Source: the human T2T-CHM13v2.0 reference genome, Homo sapiens
DNA length: 64,000 bases
Direction: 5' to 3' (one strand)
Assembly: GCF_009914755.1 (NCBI RefSeq)
Contig: NC_060925.1
A model generated the notes under the pieces. The model was not told the origin of the DNA, searched no databases, and was given only the letters and a program-made list of their open reading frames with translations. The position numbers were made by a program, and so were the translations under genes. Position 1 is the stretch's first letter; each line of letters starts with the position of its first letter. Below are positions 14,531 to 29,481 of this stretch, one piece after another.

Positions 14531-14851
14531 GTTTTTGTTGTTGTTGTTGTTGTTGTTTTTTTTTTTGTTTTTTTTTTTTGAGGTGGAGTCTCACTCTGTC
14601 GCCCAGGCTGGAGTGCAGTGGCACAATTTCTGCTCACTGCAAACTCCGCCTCCCGGGTTCAAGCCTCAGCCTCCCAGGTAGCTGGGATTACAGGCATGCA
14701 CTACGATGCTCAGCTAATTTTTAGTATTTTTAGTAGAGATGGGGTTTCACCATGATGGCCAAGCTGGTTTCAAACTCCTGACCTCAAGTGATCCGCCTGC
14801 CTCAGCCTCCCAAATTGCTAGGATTACAGGCGTGAGCCACCACTCCCGGCC
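14531..14851 (-). mobile_element. AluS with (TTG)n/poly-T tail and a short internal deletion
   Basis: Reverse Alu consensus ending cccggcc. Confidence 0.92.
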
Positions 14852-15579
14852 ATACTGTTTTTTAAATAAAGATTTATTGAAAAATAAGTTGTATTTATGT
14901 AGTGCATGCCGTATATCAGGCATTGTTCTAAATTATATATAAGTTCTAAGTGTTTTATATATATATATATATATAGTCATTTAATCTCAAAATAAGTATA
15001 GTATTATTATACGTAAAGCATGTGGACCAGTACTTTGCAAACAGTAAACCAAAGAGAACAAGCATGTCCCCAGGTGAACTCTAAAAGACCTTCAGGAATA
15101 CTCTGAAACCAAGCCTCCAACAATGCAGACTGCAGTGTGTAGCCCAGAGAACCCGACAGTCGGCTGGTTGAAAGGAAGCACCCATTCTCTAAATTGTATG
15201 CAGCCACACAGAAAAGAAAGCAGCCTAAAAAATTGGCAGATGATTAGAATTTCTCAGGGAGTTGGAGCTGAACACTAAACTCAAATCAGAGCATCTCTAT
15301 TCCAATGTCAGCTCTTCATTTACTAGGTCTGTGACCTTAGGCAATTCACTTAATTACATAAACAAGTCTGATATTGCATTTATAAAATGAAACCATAATA
15401 ATCTTTATGAAAATTCACTGTAAGCTATAAAAGTACTATACAAAAACATTATTACTAAATGTATGAATACCCACATTTCTGCATTTAACAGCAAACATGG
15501 TATAAAAGCATACATGCATTTTAAAATTAAAATTATTATAGATATGCTTATCTATTAATTATTTCTAAATATACATGTA

Positions 15580-15903
15580 CAGGCTGAGTATCTTTTCCCT
15601 GAAATGCCTAGGACCAGAAGAGTTTCAGGTTTCAGACTTTTTAGGATTTTGGAACATTTGCACATACATCAGGAGATATCTTAGGGGTGTGACCCAAGTG
15701 TACACATGAAATTTATGTTGCAGACACACCTTATACACATAGCCTGAATGTAATTTCATGCAGTGTTTTAAATAATTTTCTGCATGAGGCAGAGTTTGTG
15801 TTAAGTACTTATGTGTCAAATTTTCCCCTTGTGGTGTCGTGTCATGTCAACACTCCAAAAATGTCAGATTTTGGAGCATTTCAGATTAGGGATGCTCAAC
15901 CTG
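15580..15903. mobile_element. Tigger4b/MER46-type TcMar transposon
   Basis: TIRs CAGGCTGAGTATC...GATGCTCAACCTG with TA flanks. Confidence 0.85.
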
Positions 15904-16217
15904 TAGCAAGTGATAGGGTAGAATTGATAAATCAGTCTGTGTAGCTGAAATTCTTAGTGCCAAATATACCAGTAGTTTAGTTCATCAAAAAATCTGAAGC
16001 ATTTTAAATACCCTTTAATCCCTATCAGTTGTAGTCATTATATCTATTTTTTTCTTACAATAACTTTGAGGACTATTCTTATTATTTGTATTTAGAGGGT
16101 AAAAAAATTAAAGACCAAAGAAATGTAATCTCCAATACCTTACAAGTCACTTAGCAGGAGGAACTAGGACTCAAAATTAGAGACTTGTTTTTCTTTCTAT
16201 CAGTAACCTCTATTATT

Positions 16218-16790
16218 AACATTCAATTATATTCTATTGAGTGTATTCTCTGAGCCAGGCATCCTGTTAGACCCTAGGGATTTGATGTTGTGCAAAAACA
16301 AGCTATGAAGCTTATAAAGGAAAAGAGAAATATTAGTCTAATAATCACATAAATAAACATAAAAATCACAATTTGAGAAACTTCTGTGAAGGCAAGTGTT
16401 TTGGTGATATGAGAGCTTATAATGGGACATTGACCCAGATGGGGGATCAGGAAAGGTTTTTCTAAGAAGTGATGATGGAGTTGAGATATGAAGGATAATT
16501 GTGTATTAACTAGCAAAAATGGACAAAAAGAACATTCCAGGGAGAGGAAATAGTACAAGCAGACGATATGGTAAAAAAGAAACATGACCAGCATTAGGGA
16601 CTGAAAGATGATTGAGGCATTAGAATGCAAGAATGGTGCAGAGAAAGGTTCCAGAGGAGACTGGAGAGGTAGCGAGAGTCAACTCATGCAGGGTCACACA
16701 GAGCCATGTAATAATTGTCCATGGGACCAAGTTGGGCAAGGTTGGGGCAAGAGAAGTTGTGTGATGTGTTTAAGATCACACAGACTCGTT
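16218..16790 (-). mobile_element. L2 fragment
   Basis: tattgagtg...gccaggcatcctgttag; atcaggaaaggttttctaagaagtgatg; gaacattccagggagagg. Confidence 0.75.
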
Positions 16791-19185
16791 CGTTATTTTT
16801 TCGTAGAGTACTTCACTGAGTTTCCAAGAGGTGAAAGGCTATCTCTAAGGCCTTTGGAAATTTCCCTGATAAATTTAGATCAGTATCTTCTAATCCAGGG
16901 TTCCATTTTGTTTTAGTTCTAGGCTTTCTTAGTTCAAGCAATTTTAGTAATTGATTAAGCTTATCAAATAATAAGAAAACTGACTAAATACCATTTAATA
17001 GAAAGAAAACAATGGTTTTTGAAGAGATAAACAAATTTGCAGATGAAAAATGAAATTTTCCCAAAGCAACCTGTCTTCTGAGGCTGTCTGTGCAGTTTGT
17101 ACTAGAGCCACCAAAAAAACACAAAAGAACAGCTTCTACCTCTGGTTTCCAAAAATTAGGGGAATGTCATGATATGCTTCAGACTACAGCCTCTCAATAT
17201 AAAAGGGTTTGCTTGTTTTAACTAAGGCTGCAAAATTAGGGAAGAGGTTGCAAAACCTTCTGAAGTCTATGTAATTCCCTCATGGTTTTTGTATTTTCTA
17301 TTCTGCAAACACAAGAGGAAGTTTACTACGTTTCTCAATGATTACACAGACTTGTAGAAAACACCACTATTACACTAGTCTGTTTCCCTGTTAGAAGGAA
17401 GTCTAGTTTATTGGAAAGGAAGCTATGTCAGAAAATTGAAGCATCCCTGCAGCTTAACTTCTTGAACAATCATCATCCTTTGACTTCATTTACAGATTAA
17501 AACAAAGAAAAACACTCCTAAGTAGAGGTTTATGTTCAAAGTAATCAGTGCAGTCAAAACTACACCTTAGAAGTCATTACATGACAATTCCAATGACATT
17601 ACATTATTTTAAATTTCTTCTTTGCCAAGTCACAAAGGGCAGTAGAACATGAAAAAAAAAGATTGAAATTAAAAATAGCACTTAGAGGTCAAGATTTTCA
17701 GGTAGAGTGTGTTTGAACATGTAAGCAAATAATTAAATGTACTGTTTTGATAGTTATTGATTTGATTTCTTTAAGTACCTATTATTTAGTAACATGTTTG
17801 GAAATAAATATGACTAAGACTCCCAGTCTGCTTCATAAAGCAGAAAGCAAAACAAGGAGATCATAGGCTCTGAATCACCTAAAATACAGCCTATATTTAC
17901 AGAAACTCCTTTTCATTTGGTCTGTACATCTCCATTTGATCTATACTGGTCAAAGCTTGTACTTCGGTGAAATCAAAGAACACTTTAGAGAAACAATTAC
18001 AGTAGTTTTCTAATTTATTTTTGGCCTTGTCATTCTAAAAGGGAAGCTTGAGATGAAAGATATACAGACAATTTTCACTCTAACCTTTGTATCATTAATG
18101 TGGATGTCAGATTACAGAATCTGTTTCCTTAAATAAATGTGGTTTAAGCCTGAGGATATCAGGAGGAGTTTTTGCCCATAAGGAGTTTCTAGTCTAGTTG
18201 TGAGCAGCAGGAGGCTGATAAAGGACGGAGCCAGAACTCAAACCCAGGCCTGTTTAGCTCCAAGCTCTCTATTCCTAATGGGTAACTCATATTGCCTCTT
18301 ATTATTTAGGTTCTTAAGTTGCAAGAAAGAGACACCCTGAATATAAACTTAGGCCTTGCTACCATAAAGGTAGCAACCGCCTTCAAAGGATGGGACAATG
18401 GTTTGTTTTTATTCTGGTAATGGCAGCAGTTCCAGAGTTTCCAAGGACTCTGTACCAACAGTGACGCAGCCGTCACCTTAGGGTGCCCTGAATAGCCAGG
18501 GCCACTTTCTCTCTGCTCCATCGGTGTGGGCAGCTCAGACTCACAATGCCCAAGAGAGCACATAAGGTTCTGTGTCACTTTGCCATATGAGCTGCCTTAC
18601 TGGCCAGAACCTTACCTTAGTCCAGCCCCTCAATGGTCATCCCATGGAAGGAATCCTATCTAATCAGCAGACACCAGGGTAACAGATAGAAAGGCCATCA
18701 GGGCTGGTTCCTCAGGGTCAGGCCATGAGAGGCACCAGGCTTAGAAGATTCCCAAGAGGAATTCTACCAAATCTTTTCTGAATGGATAATCCCAGTGCTG
18801 TTAAAATTGCTCCAGGTGCAGAAAAAGAAAGAAGGTGGGGGGAAGAGAAAGAAACAAAGAAGAAAGGGAGGGAAGGGGAGTAGACAGTGGCATAATTCTT
18901 TAACAAAGCAAACATACAATGTTATAAAACTCACCTAAGAAAGAAAACTACCAAACTCTTTGGTTTTTAAAAAGGAATTGACCAATCCTAAGTATAACAG
19001 TAACAGACACGATGCAACAGCACATTAGAAGGAAACACACCACAACTAAGTAGAGGTTATTCCAGGAATGTAAGGATGGTTTGCCAATGTGAAACTTATT
19101 AATAAAATTCAATGTACTAAAAGACCTTAGAAGAAAAATAATATGATCTTCTCCATAGGTGCTGAAAAGTATTTGATAAAATTCA

Positions 19186-19769
<584 letters not shown>

Positions 19770-21119
19770 CTAGAAACCTTTTCATTAAATCGGGAATAAG
19801 ACAGGGACAACTACTATCCTCATTATTACTAAAATTTTTCTGAAGGTGCTGCAACCAACCAGACAAGAATCTAGAAAAATGGAAGATTTTTCCTTTGATT
19901 CTCTACCTATAGAATCGTGTGTAAATTAAACTATTTTGAGATATCACTTTTTACCTATTGAGTTAGGAGAAGACTAACAGGCATGGTGACACATTAATGT
20001 TGTCAAGAGAGAAGAACCTGATGCTGTCACATGAGGCTGCTGGGAGTGAAAATTTATATGTCTTCTAGGGTGGAGAAGGTGACAACATCTATCACACTTA
20101 TAAATGCACACACCCTCCCTCCATCGAGTTATGAGCATTACATGTGTACAGAATGAAGGCTGTACCTCGCGGCATTGTATGTAATAGTAGAAAATGGAAC
20201 CCACTTAAATAACTGCCCATTGACTAAATTATAGTCCATTCACACCACGGCATGTAATGCAGTCCAAAGAGAAGGAGGAATCTCCTTGTAAAGGAACATG
20301 GAATCTCCTCTGTGATATATTGTTATGGGAGAAAAGCAAGATGGAGAACTACATGTATAGGATACTCCTGTTTGTGTACAGCACACTCCATCTGTGTATA
20401 AAGAAGACCATGGGATACATCAACATGTATATGCATAAAAGGAATCTTAAGACATTGGTTGTCTGTGGGGCATCCAGGGTATAAGGATGTCAGACAAACA
20501 TTTTTATGTCTAGCTTTTGAATTTTGAACCATAAGAATGTGTTACATTTTCAGTAAATCTATAAATAATATGTAAATTCAGGAAAGGAGGAGGAAACAAA
20601 GGAGGACAGGGAATATGGCAGGAATTTGAAATTCAGTGGCTGATCCAGTCCAGTTAGCAAGAGGGGCCCTGTCAGAAGCAGAGAGGGACAATGGCACTAT
20701 TCCAAGAGGTGGGAACACCAGAGCACATGGCAGAGCTGAAAAAGTGGAGGAGGGGATGTTCAGGGGTCAACAGGAACTCAAGTCTGATCAGAAAGAGAGC
20801 AGACCAAGAATCAAGGGTAGCAATATTGGGACAGCATTTCACAGGACATTTGGACCAGGCTTGAGGGAGCTGCGTTTTAAGAAGTGACATGATCAAAACT
20901 GCTCTACTCAGAGCCTATCCTGTTACTTATGGGAAGAATAAATGTAAAGGAAAAGGTACCACATGTTAGCTCCTTGAATACAGAGAGTTGGTCTGGTTGT
21001 CCTTGCAGCCTCTGTGCTCAGAGAAGTGCCCAGGACAGAGTAGGGAGGGGTGCGGGTGCAGGCAGGGAAAGAGCACTTGCCTCCCACAAGGGTCTATTTT
21101 CAGGGTGTTCCATGGAGGA

Positions 21120-21620
21120 CCTGATTTAATCCTGGCAACAGCTGTATGATGGGGGCTTTTACTATTGTCCCTATTTTACGGATGGGAAAACGCGAGGCTT
21201 GGAGTGATTAAAAAGCTTGCCCAGGCCGGGCACGGTGGCTCACGCCTGCAATCTCAGCACTTTGGGAGGCCGGGGCGGGCGGATCACAAGATCAGGAGAT
21301 CCAGACCATCCTGGCTAACACGGTGAAACCCCGTCTCTACTAAAAATACAAAAAATTAGCCGGGCGTGGTGGCGGGCACCTGTAGTCCCAGCTACTCGGG
21401 AGGCTGAGGCAGGAGAATGGCGTGAACCCGGGAGGCGGAGCTTGCAGTGAGCTGAGATCGGAGCTTGCAGTGAGCCGAGATCCCCCCACTGCACTCCAGC
21501 CTGGGCGACAGAGCAAGACCCTGTCTCAAAAACAAACAAAAAAAAGCTTGCCCAAAACTACAGCCAGTAAGAGGTGGATCCTAGATTCACCAGACACACA
21601 GCTGTAGAGCCCATGCTCTT
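21120..21620 (-). mobile_element. MIR split by AluY
   Basis: tttaatcctggcaacagc...ttttacggatgggaaaac, continuing after the Alu with cttgcccaaaactacagccagtaag. Confidence 0.7.
21224..21540 (+). mobile_element. AluY with internal 23-bp tandem duplication
   Basis: AluY diagnostics; perfect TSD AAAAAGCTTGCCCA (21210-21223, 21541-21554). Confidence 0.95.
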
Positions 21621-22463
21621 AAAGAACATTCGGCTCTGTTTTTAAATACCTTTGTAAACTAGGATTGTAGCCATGGAAATCAACAGGAGATCAAGGATTC
21701 AGAAGAAAGAAATACAACAGCGCATGAAGGCAGGCGATATTACTGTCACATCTTTATATTGGTTGTTATATTAGGTAATGAATGTGAAAATGCTTTAAGG
21801 AGAAAGAAATATTTTCATGTATTCCTTTATTCATTCAGCCAATGTTATGAATCACTGTGTGCAAGGAAATTCACTGGACTGGGCATAGGAGGAATAAAAT
21901 ACTAGCTCTTCTTTTTAAAATTGCCTATAAAAGTAGTAAATACCATTTATTATGCACCTGGGATTACTAAACTCTGACTTGGGATGTTGCATACTCATGC
22001 CATTAGATCCCAACAACCATCTGATAAAATAGATACCACGATGCACAATTCACATGGCAGAATGGATATTTATCCATGAAAACCACTGTTTCAAAGGTCT
22101 TAACAGCCAGGCTAGTGCGTGGTAGAACCACACTCCAACCTGCATCTGTCTGACTCTTCAGGGGCACCGGGTTGCCAGCTGCACTTCAGAGCCAAGCTTG
22201 GGGAAGGAATGTTTGCCCAGACAGCCGTCTTCTTTAGGCCAGAGCTCAAACCCTAAAGCCTCAAGCAGACATCCATAATCTGGAGAGACATTTCTCAAAA
22301 CCAAGTAGAATTATAAAATAATTAAATAGAATATAAATTATTTTCCCTTATAGGGAGTGTTGATTTTAAATGAAGATTGTGCTGAGGACGGCGAAGCTTG
22401 TACATACAAAACCAGTGTTCTGTGGGTATATGATATTGTTCTGCTTATTTGAAAACTGAATCA

Positions 22464-23121
<658 letters not shown>

Positions 23122-24084
23122 TCACAGGCAAGCCAAGGAGGAGCATAAAACGGGACCAAAGCCCACTGCAAGTGTGCCCATGGCACCCAGCACCAAACAC
23201 TTAATTATCGCTCCCTCCTTGAATCGCACACACTGTAAAGAAAGAAAGGCGAAACTCTGAAGTCATTCACAGGAAGGTACTATTGTGTGGGTGAGACATT
23301 AATGCTCAGCAACACCCTTGGTTGCTTTCAGAGAACAGAAGGGAACTCCTGCGGCGTGATGCCGTGAGTGGCCTCTCGTGACCTTCGGTGACAATGCTGC
23401 ATCAGGGTACTCTAGTACAAATCTCCACTGGGCATGTTGATTTTACAGCTGTCACTAAATAGCACATTTACTCGTTCACATGGTGTAGCTGGACTGCCAC
23501 CCAGGGACCACACAGAGGTCCTTTTCCCGTGGTTCTCATTCCTTCTTTCTCCCTCTCTTTTTTCCCTTCTCTCAGTCTCTAAGTGGCTCTCCTGACCTTT
23601 GATGATGACTGAGACAGATACAGATATCTCAAAATAAGTAGCCCCAGGCAAAGACCACTACTATAAACTTTAAGCTGTTTCTCTCACCCAGAGCTTCAAG
23701 CCCATCCACCAGCCCTGGCTAGGGAGTTCTCAAATCTGTTCTCAAGCCATGCTAGGTAGTCACATCCCCCTTCAGCTCCCGTCCTGCCCAGCTGAATAAA
23801 GAAGACACAGTGCTTCTCTCCCACTACATTCAGCCATAAATCAGCGAAAGGACCCTGATCCTTCAGTCCAATCTCAAACCTGCCTGAGAAGCACATGAAT
23901 TAATGAAAGAATGATGAATTCTGAGAATGAGAACGGAGCCTTGGCTTGTAGTAGGCACTGCTTTCATTAACTGACCATGTAACTTTCATGTCTTTGAGCC
24001 CCGGTTTCAAGATTGATAAAATATGGATAATAGTCTGCTTCACGTGAAATAAATACAGCTGTGAAATAGCTTTTTAAGCCTCAA

Positions 24085-24350
24085 GGTCAAGGTCCTTACA
24101 AGGAGAGCCTGGGGTGGGGATTCCTGTACCAGTGAATACTGGGAGTGTACTCTTAGGAGCTGAGTAAGATGAAGGTTGGCTGCAGCCTAGCTTTCTGCCT
24201 GACGCCTAGAAACCCTGCACCCCAAACTGCATGCCAGAGTTTGCCCCACGCTGAAACAGGGACCTAGGGGAGCAGCTGTGAGTTCCCAGCCCCAAAACAG
24301 CAGGTGAAGGTGGGGAGCGCACCTGGGCAGGACACCCAGCAGCGTGCACT
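24085..24350 (-). mobile_element. ERVL LTR16-like fragment
   Basis: gagcagctgtgag...ctgggcaggacacccagcagcgtgcacta resembles an LTR16 end. Confidence 0.4.
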
Positions 24351-26373
24351 AAAAGGAACCATATGGTACAAACTGAAGGCATCAGGAGTTCTTGGAGGAA
24401 GACAGAGTCAAGAATTAGGATCCACTTGAGCCCTAAAATGATGAAGGAAGGCAAGTCAAAGCCCTGAGAACAATCCAAGAATGTTTCCCACTTCCAGCTT
24501 TAATCTCTCCATCTGAAAAGAACCCATAGTCAAAGAACAGCCTTGTAAGCTTGGAACATAGTAGTCAGGCAATTAGGTGGACATTGAATTTGTTCACCCT
24601 GTGGCCTACAGCTTCCCTGGTGGAGGTAAGCCTTAAAGTGGTCTCTGCCTGGGCTACAGAATCAGCCACAGGAGTCAAAGTCCCCTGTGGCGTGGCCCAG
24701 CCTGGAGTCACAGATCACACCCTCTGGAATGAGCACATCCCCAGCCCTCAGCCATGGATCCCCAAGACTTCCTTTCTTCCTCTGACCCCCCCAGAGCTTA
24801 TAATGTGTACTTATTACTGTATTAATTGCCCCTGATTAAGTATTATCTTTTTATGTGCATATGTCTTTATTTGCCCAAAATGTGAACTCCTGTAGGGAGA
24901 AGCTGCGTCTAAATTTCTTTTTATGCCTGGTTCTTCGTGGGTGTTTGGTAAATACTTATCGATGGAGTATTCATTTGACTGATAGAGTGGCATAGAGTGG
25001 CAGGGGTTTCAGGCACTGGGGAAAGAAGAATCTACAAAGGGAGTGATCATTTGGAGTTACTTTCAACTCATTGATATGTGGTTTGGGGTACACTGTCTTC
25101 TCTCCCAAACAGGTCATTTTGTGTTTGTTGTTTCTACTGTATTATGTCCTTTATGTTTGGGGACCGTTCTGCAATTCTTATGAGTCATTCCTGGGTCCTT
25201 GAAGCTAAATAAGGTTAAGGCACATTCTTTGAGGTGCCCCTGGGAAGGTTCCTAGTGTGTAAATGGCACAGTCTCTGCACACAAGGAGTTTATTATCTAA
25301 AGAGGGAAAGAATAGGCATTTTATGCAATGCTGACAAGGAAACAGAGCAAGTCACATCTCTGTAGGGTCACACAGGGAAGTTAAGAGAGGCAGAAGGCAA
25401 GCGCTGAGCCAGCCTGTCCATCTCCCCAGGTGGGTAACAGTTGTCCAGATAAGTAGAAATAACCCTTCCAGGCAGCGAGGACAGATGAAACCTTGTCTGT
25501 TAGTTTCCTGTGCAGGCCTTCAATTAAGTCATACGATAAGGATTAATGTTTGTTGAGTGTTAGCGACATGCCAGACATTCAACCCACCCCTTCCCGGGAG
25601 CGCTAGACAGGCCAGCAATCCAGACATCAAATGGATCTGCTGACAAGGTGGCTCAGTCTCACAGGTGAGCAGTTCAGAGCTTTGTGGGTTGGTTTTATTG
25701 TTCATTCCTTTGTTCTTTGGGTATTTTCCCCCAAAACTTCACCTGGTGTTCTGTGAAGGAAACAAAAGTACCTCCTCTATGTTCCGTGCTGGGCATTCAC
25801 TCTGAGGTTATGCTTGTATTCATGGAATAGCTGAGGCTCTCGTTAGCCACCTTCCTTCATATTAAAATCTGTCAAAAACAGAAGTGCTCTAAGGAGATCA
25901 TGCTTTTCAAACATTCTCACTGGTGTATTAAATAGGTGAGTGATCACAGGTGCTGGGTGTGTTTATCCTCTTTTTGACTCAAATGACATTCATTAGTTTT
26001 CGCCTAAGGCATACCTGAAAGCCAGATTCACTTCAAACTAGCAGGGATTAAAAAAACGATAAACTACAGAGGCGATTTTGTGCTTTACTTCTCCTGGCGT
26101 CACCCAGACTGGCGGGGACGTGCTGCTCTTCCTGACCCATCCCAACAGTGTCCTCGCTTTGAGACGTGTTCCCTGCGGGCTCTGTGAGTTAGGGTTGTGG
26201 AATCACTCCAAACTAGCGACAGAAGACGTTCAAGAAAAGTAGACAGTTGGGCTCATACTAGAATGTATTTAAATATATAATGTTATCTAGAAAGAGGATT
26301 TCTTAGGTTGCAAGATGGCAGGATGCACTATATCCTGTGTATAGGGTATAGGGTATAGGATTGCCATATTATT

Positions 26374-26667
26374 ATTATATTATTTTTTGAGATGGAGTCT
26401 CGCTCTGTTGCGAGGCTGGAATAGAGTGGTGCGATTTCGGCTCACTGCAACCTCTGCTTCCTGGGTTCAAGTGATTCTGCTGCCTCAGCCTCCTGAGTAG
26501 CTGGGACTACAGGCATGCGCCAGCATGCCCAGCTAATTTTTGTATTTTTAGTAGAGACGAGGTTTCACTGTGTTGGCCAGGATGATCTCGATCTCTTGAC
26601 GTTGTCATCTGCCCGCCTCAGCCTCCCAAAGTGCTGGGATTACAGGCATGAGCCACCACCCCTGGCT
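26374..26667 (-). mobile_element. AluSc
   Basis: gatctcttgac diagnostic; TSD GCCATATTATT (26363-26373, 26668-26678). Confidence 0.9.
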
Positions 26668-28306
26668 GCCATATTATTTTCTATGTCTTATGTACAGTTT
26701 CAATGGAAATAAGTACCATAGTAAACGTCAGTCATAACACATGATGAGTGACCTGTTTCTTCTTCCCTCTGTTTTTTTGTTAGTTCATTTGCAATATGTC
26801 TCTGTCGTCATATTTTGTATAGGTACATGCAGTTTACATGATATGGTTCCCTGAGCTACCCAACCTAAAAAGGATTTTGGAGTGCTAATGATTACTGCCT
26901 TAGACCTGATAAAAATCTCTTAACCTGGGATAGTTTCTCCTTTCCTCGTAAGGAAAAGCTGACATTCCCAAAGAGTAGCCAAATACGAGAGGCGCACTGA
27001 AATTTTTAGCTGGGGTTCAAGAATGAAAAAAGTTCTTCCACCACAAACATGCCCAATTTACACACAGCCTCTCTACTTCTCAGTAATTTAGACAGTTGTG
27101 TTGATTGAATTCTGGAAATAGAAATGAAAAATAATTGGCCCGTCATTGTTCGAATAAACTTTGTAAGAAAGCTAACACACCTCACCCCACACTAGCCACT
27201 GGTCTCTTGGGGATCTGCAGGTGAAAGGTAGGTGAGGCCTGTGTCACCAGCCCTCTCTGACTTGGAGCTGTTTGTTAAACACAAGGCCAAGGCAAGACTT
27301 GTGTGTTTAGAAAGATGGCAGTGTGGTGTGAGCAAAATATAAATTCTTTGTAAGTCAGAAGATCTCACCTTGGTCACATTGCTACCTTTTTAGTTTTAGA
27401 CTGAAACCCGAAAGGCCTTAGTTTTCATCTCTATAAAATGAGGTGATGAACTTTAATATCCCAGAGCTATCTTTCAGCTCAGACCTTCTGTGACCAATCG
27501 TAGCAGCAATTATACCCAACAGACCTGTGGACCTGGTCTAGACCAGAAAGAGGAGTAGCTATCCTGAAAAGTAGGACTCCTCCCAAAGAGAACTAAACAC
27601 CCACCTTGTGTGGGACGGCCCCAACCCGAAATCAGCACCACAGAAGAGCAACTGAGCAAAATTATCTATCCAGAACATCTGAGAAATGACAGGATACAAC
27701 ACAAATCCTTCCCTGAGGCAGGCTTCCTTAAGCCTTATTCATCTGCAGTCTACTTTTATAGGGAAAAACAAAATAAGGGTAAACATTATACTTATGAAAA
27801 TGTCCAAATATCAGCAGGAAGTAGAAAAATCCGAATGTAACATTCTGACAGCCTGCAGTCAAGTGAGACTGCAGAGTATTTTTAGCATTATGGATATGTT
27901 TTTTCAAGTAATATACATGCTGTGATAGATGTCATGAACAGACCTCAAAAATCAGCAGGCTCTCAATCCCTCAGAGCATAAAGCCACCTGCACAAAAAAA
28001 CAGTGTTTTAGTCTGAGTTTCTCTTGTTCAGCTGAAAAGTTTGGCAGAACAGCCCTCCAGTTTGTATTTTTTTTTTCTTCCTAAATTGCATGCAGAATCC
28101 AGGACCAGAAGAAGTTGTCTCTCGAGTGTACTTTTGAAATGACCCCAATACAGAAATTGCTAGGGAAGCACAGCTATTCATGGGATCCCCAAGTCATTTT
28201 GCAAATCATGACTGTGCCAGTGTGTACAGTTGGGATGTAGTGTGTCTATCTGAACACACCCAGGGCATTTATCATGTACTGTGTCTATCTGAACACATCC
28301 AGGGTA

Positions 28307-28417
28307 TTCAAACAGACTGAGTTCATAACCATTCCATATAAGTGCTGGTACCTTTGGCAGGTCACTTGTCCTCCTGAGCCTCAGTTTCCTCAGCTACAAA
28401 GTGGGAATAAACCCTAC
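28307..28417 (+). repeat. Left arm of a 111-bp inverted repeat (MIR-derived)
   Basis: 104/111 ungapped identity to the reverse complement of 29177-29287. Confidence 0.95.
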
Positions 28418-28473
28418 CTTTGCTTCCTGAATTCCCACACAGGGAACATGATAATGCAAAGGGAAACTTTCTC

Positions 28474-28733
28474 TTTTTTTTTATTTATTTTTATTATACT
28501 TTAAGTTCTGGGGTACATGTGGAGAACGTGCAAGTTTTTATACACATGCCATGATGGTTTGCTGCACCCATCAACCCATCATCTACATTAGGTATTTCTC
28601 CTAATGCTATCCCTCCCCTAGCCACCCACCCCCTGACAGGCCCCAGTGTGTGATGTTCCCCTCCCTATGTCCATGTGTTCTCATTGTTCAACTCCCATTT
28701 ACAAGTGAGAACATGCAGTGTTTGGTTTTCTGC
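28474..28733 (-). mobile_element. L1PA (about PA7-8) 5'-truncated 3' end
   Basis: ttattatactttaagttctggggtacatgtg...gtgagaacatgcagtgtttggttttctg. Confidence 0.9.
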
Positions 28734-29142
28734 TTCTACATGCTACTTTGCACCTATCACTGTCTGTTGAAAAACCTTTAGCAGATCTCTTGTTATTTTC
28801 AGGTGACAGTCAAAACTCTGAAACCAGACACTGCCTGGTTTGCGTTTCTCTGCCTCTCTGGTCCTTCTCATGGTTCCCCCTGCAGGAATCCTCCCTGCTG
28901 CCATACTTGCCTCGTTTTCCTCTGCATATCTTGAGCACCTCCTGATACTTGCTTTTGCTTTGGGATCCAAGAACTGGTTCTTACCAGCCCAGCTGAAGTC
29001 CCCCCTCTCCTCCTAACTCTGCCTACCTGCTCCTCTCATCGGAGTTTCTCTCCACAGCATCCACTGAACTCTTCACTCATGAGGACTGTCATGGATTTCA
29101 TGGATTTCGTGTGCTTAGCCTTGGACTAGAAATTTTACATAC

Positions 29143-29300
29143 ATCATCCTTTGTTATCCTTATAGGAACCTGAAGAGTAGGGTTTATCCCCACTTTGTAG
29201 CTGAGGAAACTGAGGCTCAGGAGGACAAGTGGCCTGCCAAAGGTACCAGCACTCAGATGGAATGGTTTTGAACTCAGTCCATTTGAACTCAGTTTGAACT
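29143..29300 (-). mobile_element. MIR containing the right arm of the inverted repeat
   Basis: ttatccccactttgtagctgaggaaactgaggctcag core. Confidence 0.85.
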
Positions 29301-29356
29301 TTACTATGTATGGGCTTCCTTTGCATAACTTCCTTGCAGCTTTAGTTTAGTTTTAG

Positions 29357-29445
29357 AATATATATATATTCTAATATATATATAGCAAGACCTATATATA
29401 TCTATATACACAGTATATATATATATATATATATCTATATACACA

Positions 29446-29478
<33 letters not shown>
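29357..29478. repeat. (TA)n-rich block with repeated TATACACAGT
   Basis: Direct reading. Confidence 0.9.

Positions 29479-29481
<3 letters not shown>

Noticed and set aside
28235-28308. Direct repeats of 28-35 bp here and at 37806-37860 considered as CRISPR-like
   Set aside because: Two adjacent copies, no spacers, primate genome; ordinary tandem duplications
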